Assembly (NCBI RefSeq): GCF_036321535.1
Contig: NC_087437.1
Span: forward strand, 99,078,001-99,142,000
Direction of reading: 5' to 3'
DNA length: 64,000 nucleotides
Source of the DNA: Camelus dromedarius
Taxonomy: Eukaryota
The translations under genes were made by a program, and so were the position numbers. Under the pieces are notes generated by a model. The model had not been told where the DNA came from. It worked only from the letters and a program-made list of their open reading frames with translations, and did not search any database. Every line of letters starts with the position of its first letter. The first letter of the stretch is position 1. Of the stretch, positions 62,109-64,000 are shown piece by piece.

Positions 62109-64000
62109 GTATATATGCTGATGGGAAATGGGTGATGAATTGGGAGCTCAACTTTTGAGAAGTGTTGATTGTAGTCTAATTCGCAATGCAGAAAAAAGTC
62201 ATTTCCAGTCAGATCAGTAGCCAATAAATCAGAAAACATGAGATACTGTGACCCAAGTAAACAGTGGACATTGTTTTCACAACTGACCTGTCTGAAGGCA
62301 TAGGTCTCCCTTGCTAGTGAGGGTTCAGGATGGAACTTCATTCCTTAGGTGGTAGAAGGCTACAGGAGTGGGCACAGGGTACTAGGCAGGAACAGGTCAA
62401 AACTAAATTATAGGGCCAATTACAGAATGAGAAGACAGAGGAAGCAGAGACGTAACAGCAGCAATTTAGGAGCAAGGAGCTGGCTGTGTGCATCCCTTGA
62501 TGGCACCAATTTCTGGCTCTTACTTTAAGTAAGTCATTTTCCCAGAAAAGCCTAACACTTCTTCAGTGGAGCTCTATGAATACAAATGTCTAGTCTAAAC
62601 CCTTCTGTCTCTAGGAAATATACTGTTTCTCCCCTTGTAAATGCAGTGATGTATTTGATTTAATATATATGAAGGTAGACATCTTACTATGTATCAGAAG
62701 TGAAAGGAGAATATCCCTCAACCAGATTTTATTGTATTGACTTTAAAATATTTTATACCCATTGGTTTACTTTTACAATGTATTATCAAGAGTTTTAGGA
62801 GATGATATATAAATGCAAACAGACATTTACAGAAATAGAATAAAAGAACTAACCCCCCCCCCCCCGCTGTGAATACTTTAAAACATTTGTTTTTGCTCTG
62901 AATAAAGAGAATATCTCTTGGTAACCTAGAAGGATTCTTGGATTTGGGAGGAAAATCTTAATTGGTCCTTTGGGGAAGACATCATTAATAAATCTAAGGA
63001 AGCAAAGTGGAGATTTCCAAAGTGTCTGTTTTTAGAGTTCTATCCTGGGGTACATAACCTGGACTCTTTGTCTTGTGGCCAGACTTTCATGCCATATATC
63101 TGTTTGTTACTAGATGTGGATGTTGGGGAAGGGGAGCAGCTGGGGGAAAAGGTGGTAATTACAAAATAGAATTACTCTGTTTTTAGTCAACTTGCACCTC
63201 CATAATGAGATAAGTTTCTGCAGCTAGCTAACCTGGCCAAAACTTCATGTAGCAGATGATTGAGTGTGGCATTAGCCAACACCATACTGCTTCCAGCTTC
63301 CTATACTGGGCCTCCCCTCCTGGGTTTATTATATTTCAAGTCTAATTCTCTTCCATCTGGCTTATTACACCAAATATTGCTTTGATTATGGTATGGACAG
63401 GCCATAATATGAGTAAAGTTTCAGAAACATCAAAAATCCTTCCCTTTATCCATTTAGTAAATACTCTGTAAGTTACTTAATGAGCTGTGTTTGAAACCAT
63501 ATATTTGTACTGGACAAAGGGAAAACAAATGCCTTAATTGATGTTAACTAATCTTTTAGATCATCATACAGACGTAAGATGCTGTGCATTTTGCTATAGA
63601 TTATTGGAATTTTTGCTAAGACAAATATAAATCTATGTAACAATGATTATGATTAGTGTAGCAGATAAAATAGAAGGGAAACAGCAGGGAGAAGGCAATG
63701 ATTAAATTTTTAAAATGCATGGGGGAATAAGAAGAGGTTATGTCTCGTTGGTATGTTGCTAGCATTTCCCAGGGATCCAGGTCCTTCCTGGCAGCCAGGT
63801 AGGCTTCCTTACTGAATTGTGTCTGGGTTGGTAACCCAGTTAGTTGGCAGTAGGTACTAACCAGACTAAAGTTAGAGATTCATTCTCCCATAATTGACCA
63901 TAAATCTTACCTTTATTTCTAAAATTGAGTTTCAATTATATTCTATTGGTAAAAGTTATGTATTGGTGGTTCCTCAGAATTGACCTCAAATTCTGGGGAA

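Noticed and set aside
1..64000. Prokaryote-style systems (CRISPR arrays, operons, defence islands), tRNA/rRNA genes, processed pseudogenes
   Set aside because: The sequence is mammalian intron and intergenic DNA. I saw no repeat-spacer array, structured RNA gene or retrocopy by eye, although a Rfam or BLASTX scan could still find degraded ones.

Overview
This is AT-rich, CpG-depleted mammalian genomic DNA, not microbial. The + strand carries the last six coding exons of the deubiquitinase gene USP25 (5260-5438, 7208-7286, 10650-10729, 13767-13890, 16956-17151, 17457-17629). All five complete introns are GT-AG and the phases join into one open frame of 831 nt (276 aa + TAA), ending in the tankyrase-binding motif RTPADG-R. 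The ORF track misses these exons because they are short and spliced. A 3'UTR with several poly(A) signals follows (to about 19.06 kb). The remaining ~45 kb is intergenic and rich in old repeats: L1, L2, MIR, MaLR/ERVL LTRs, a partial ERVL provirus, and hAT-Charlie and Tigger DNA transposons. Repeat family names come from my recall of consensus sequences and their boundaries are approximate. Cetartiodactyl-type L1 3' ends and no recognisable Alu/B1/Bov/PRE-1/CHR-2/Can/ERE SINEs suggest a non-ruminant artiodactyl, possibly a camelid (inference). I found no convincing new gene or new biological system. The best leads are regulatory: a miR-200 site bracketed by alternative poly(A) signals, a G-quadruplex/pause element past the gene end, a near-perfect p53-family site at 59.6 kb and an ETS/AP-1 motif cluster at 62 kb. 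There is also a 5'-inverted (twin-primed) L1 with a target-site duplication (TSD).
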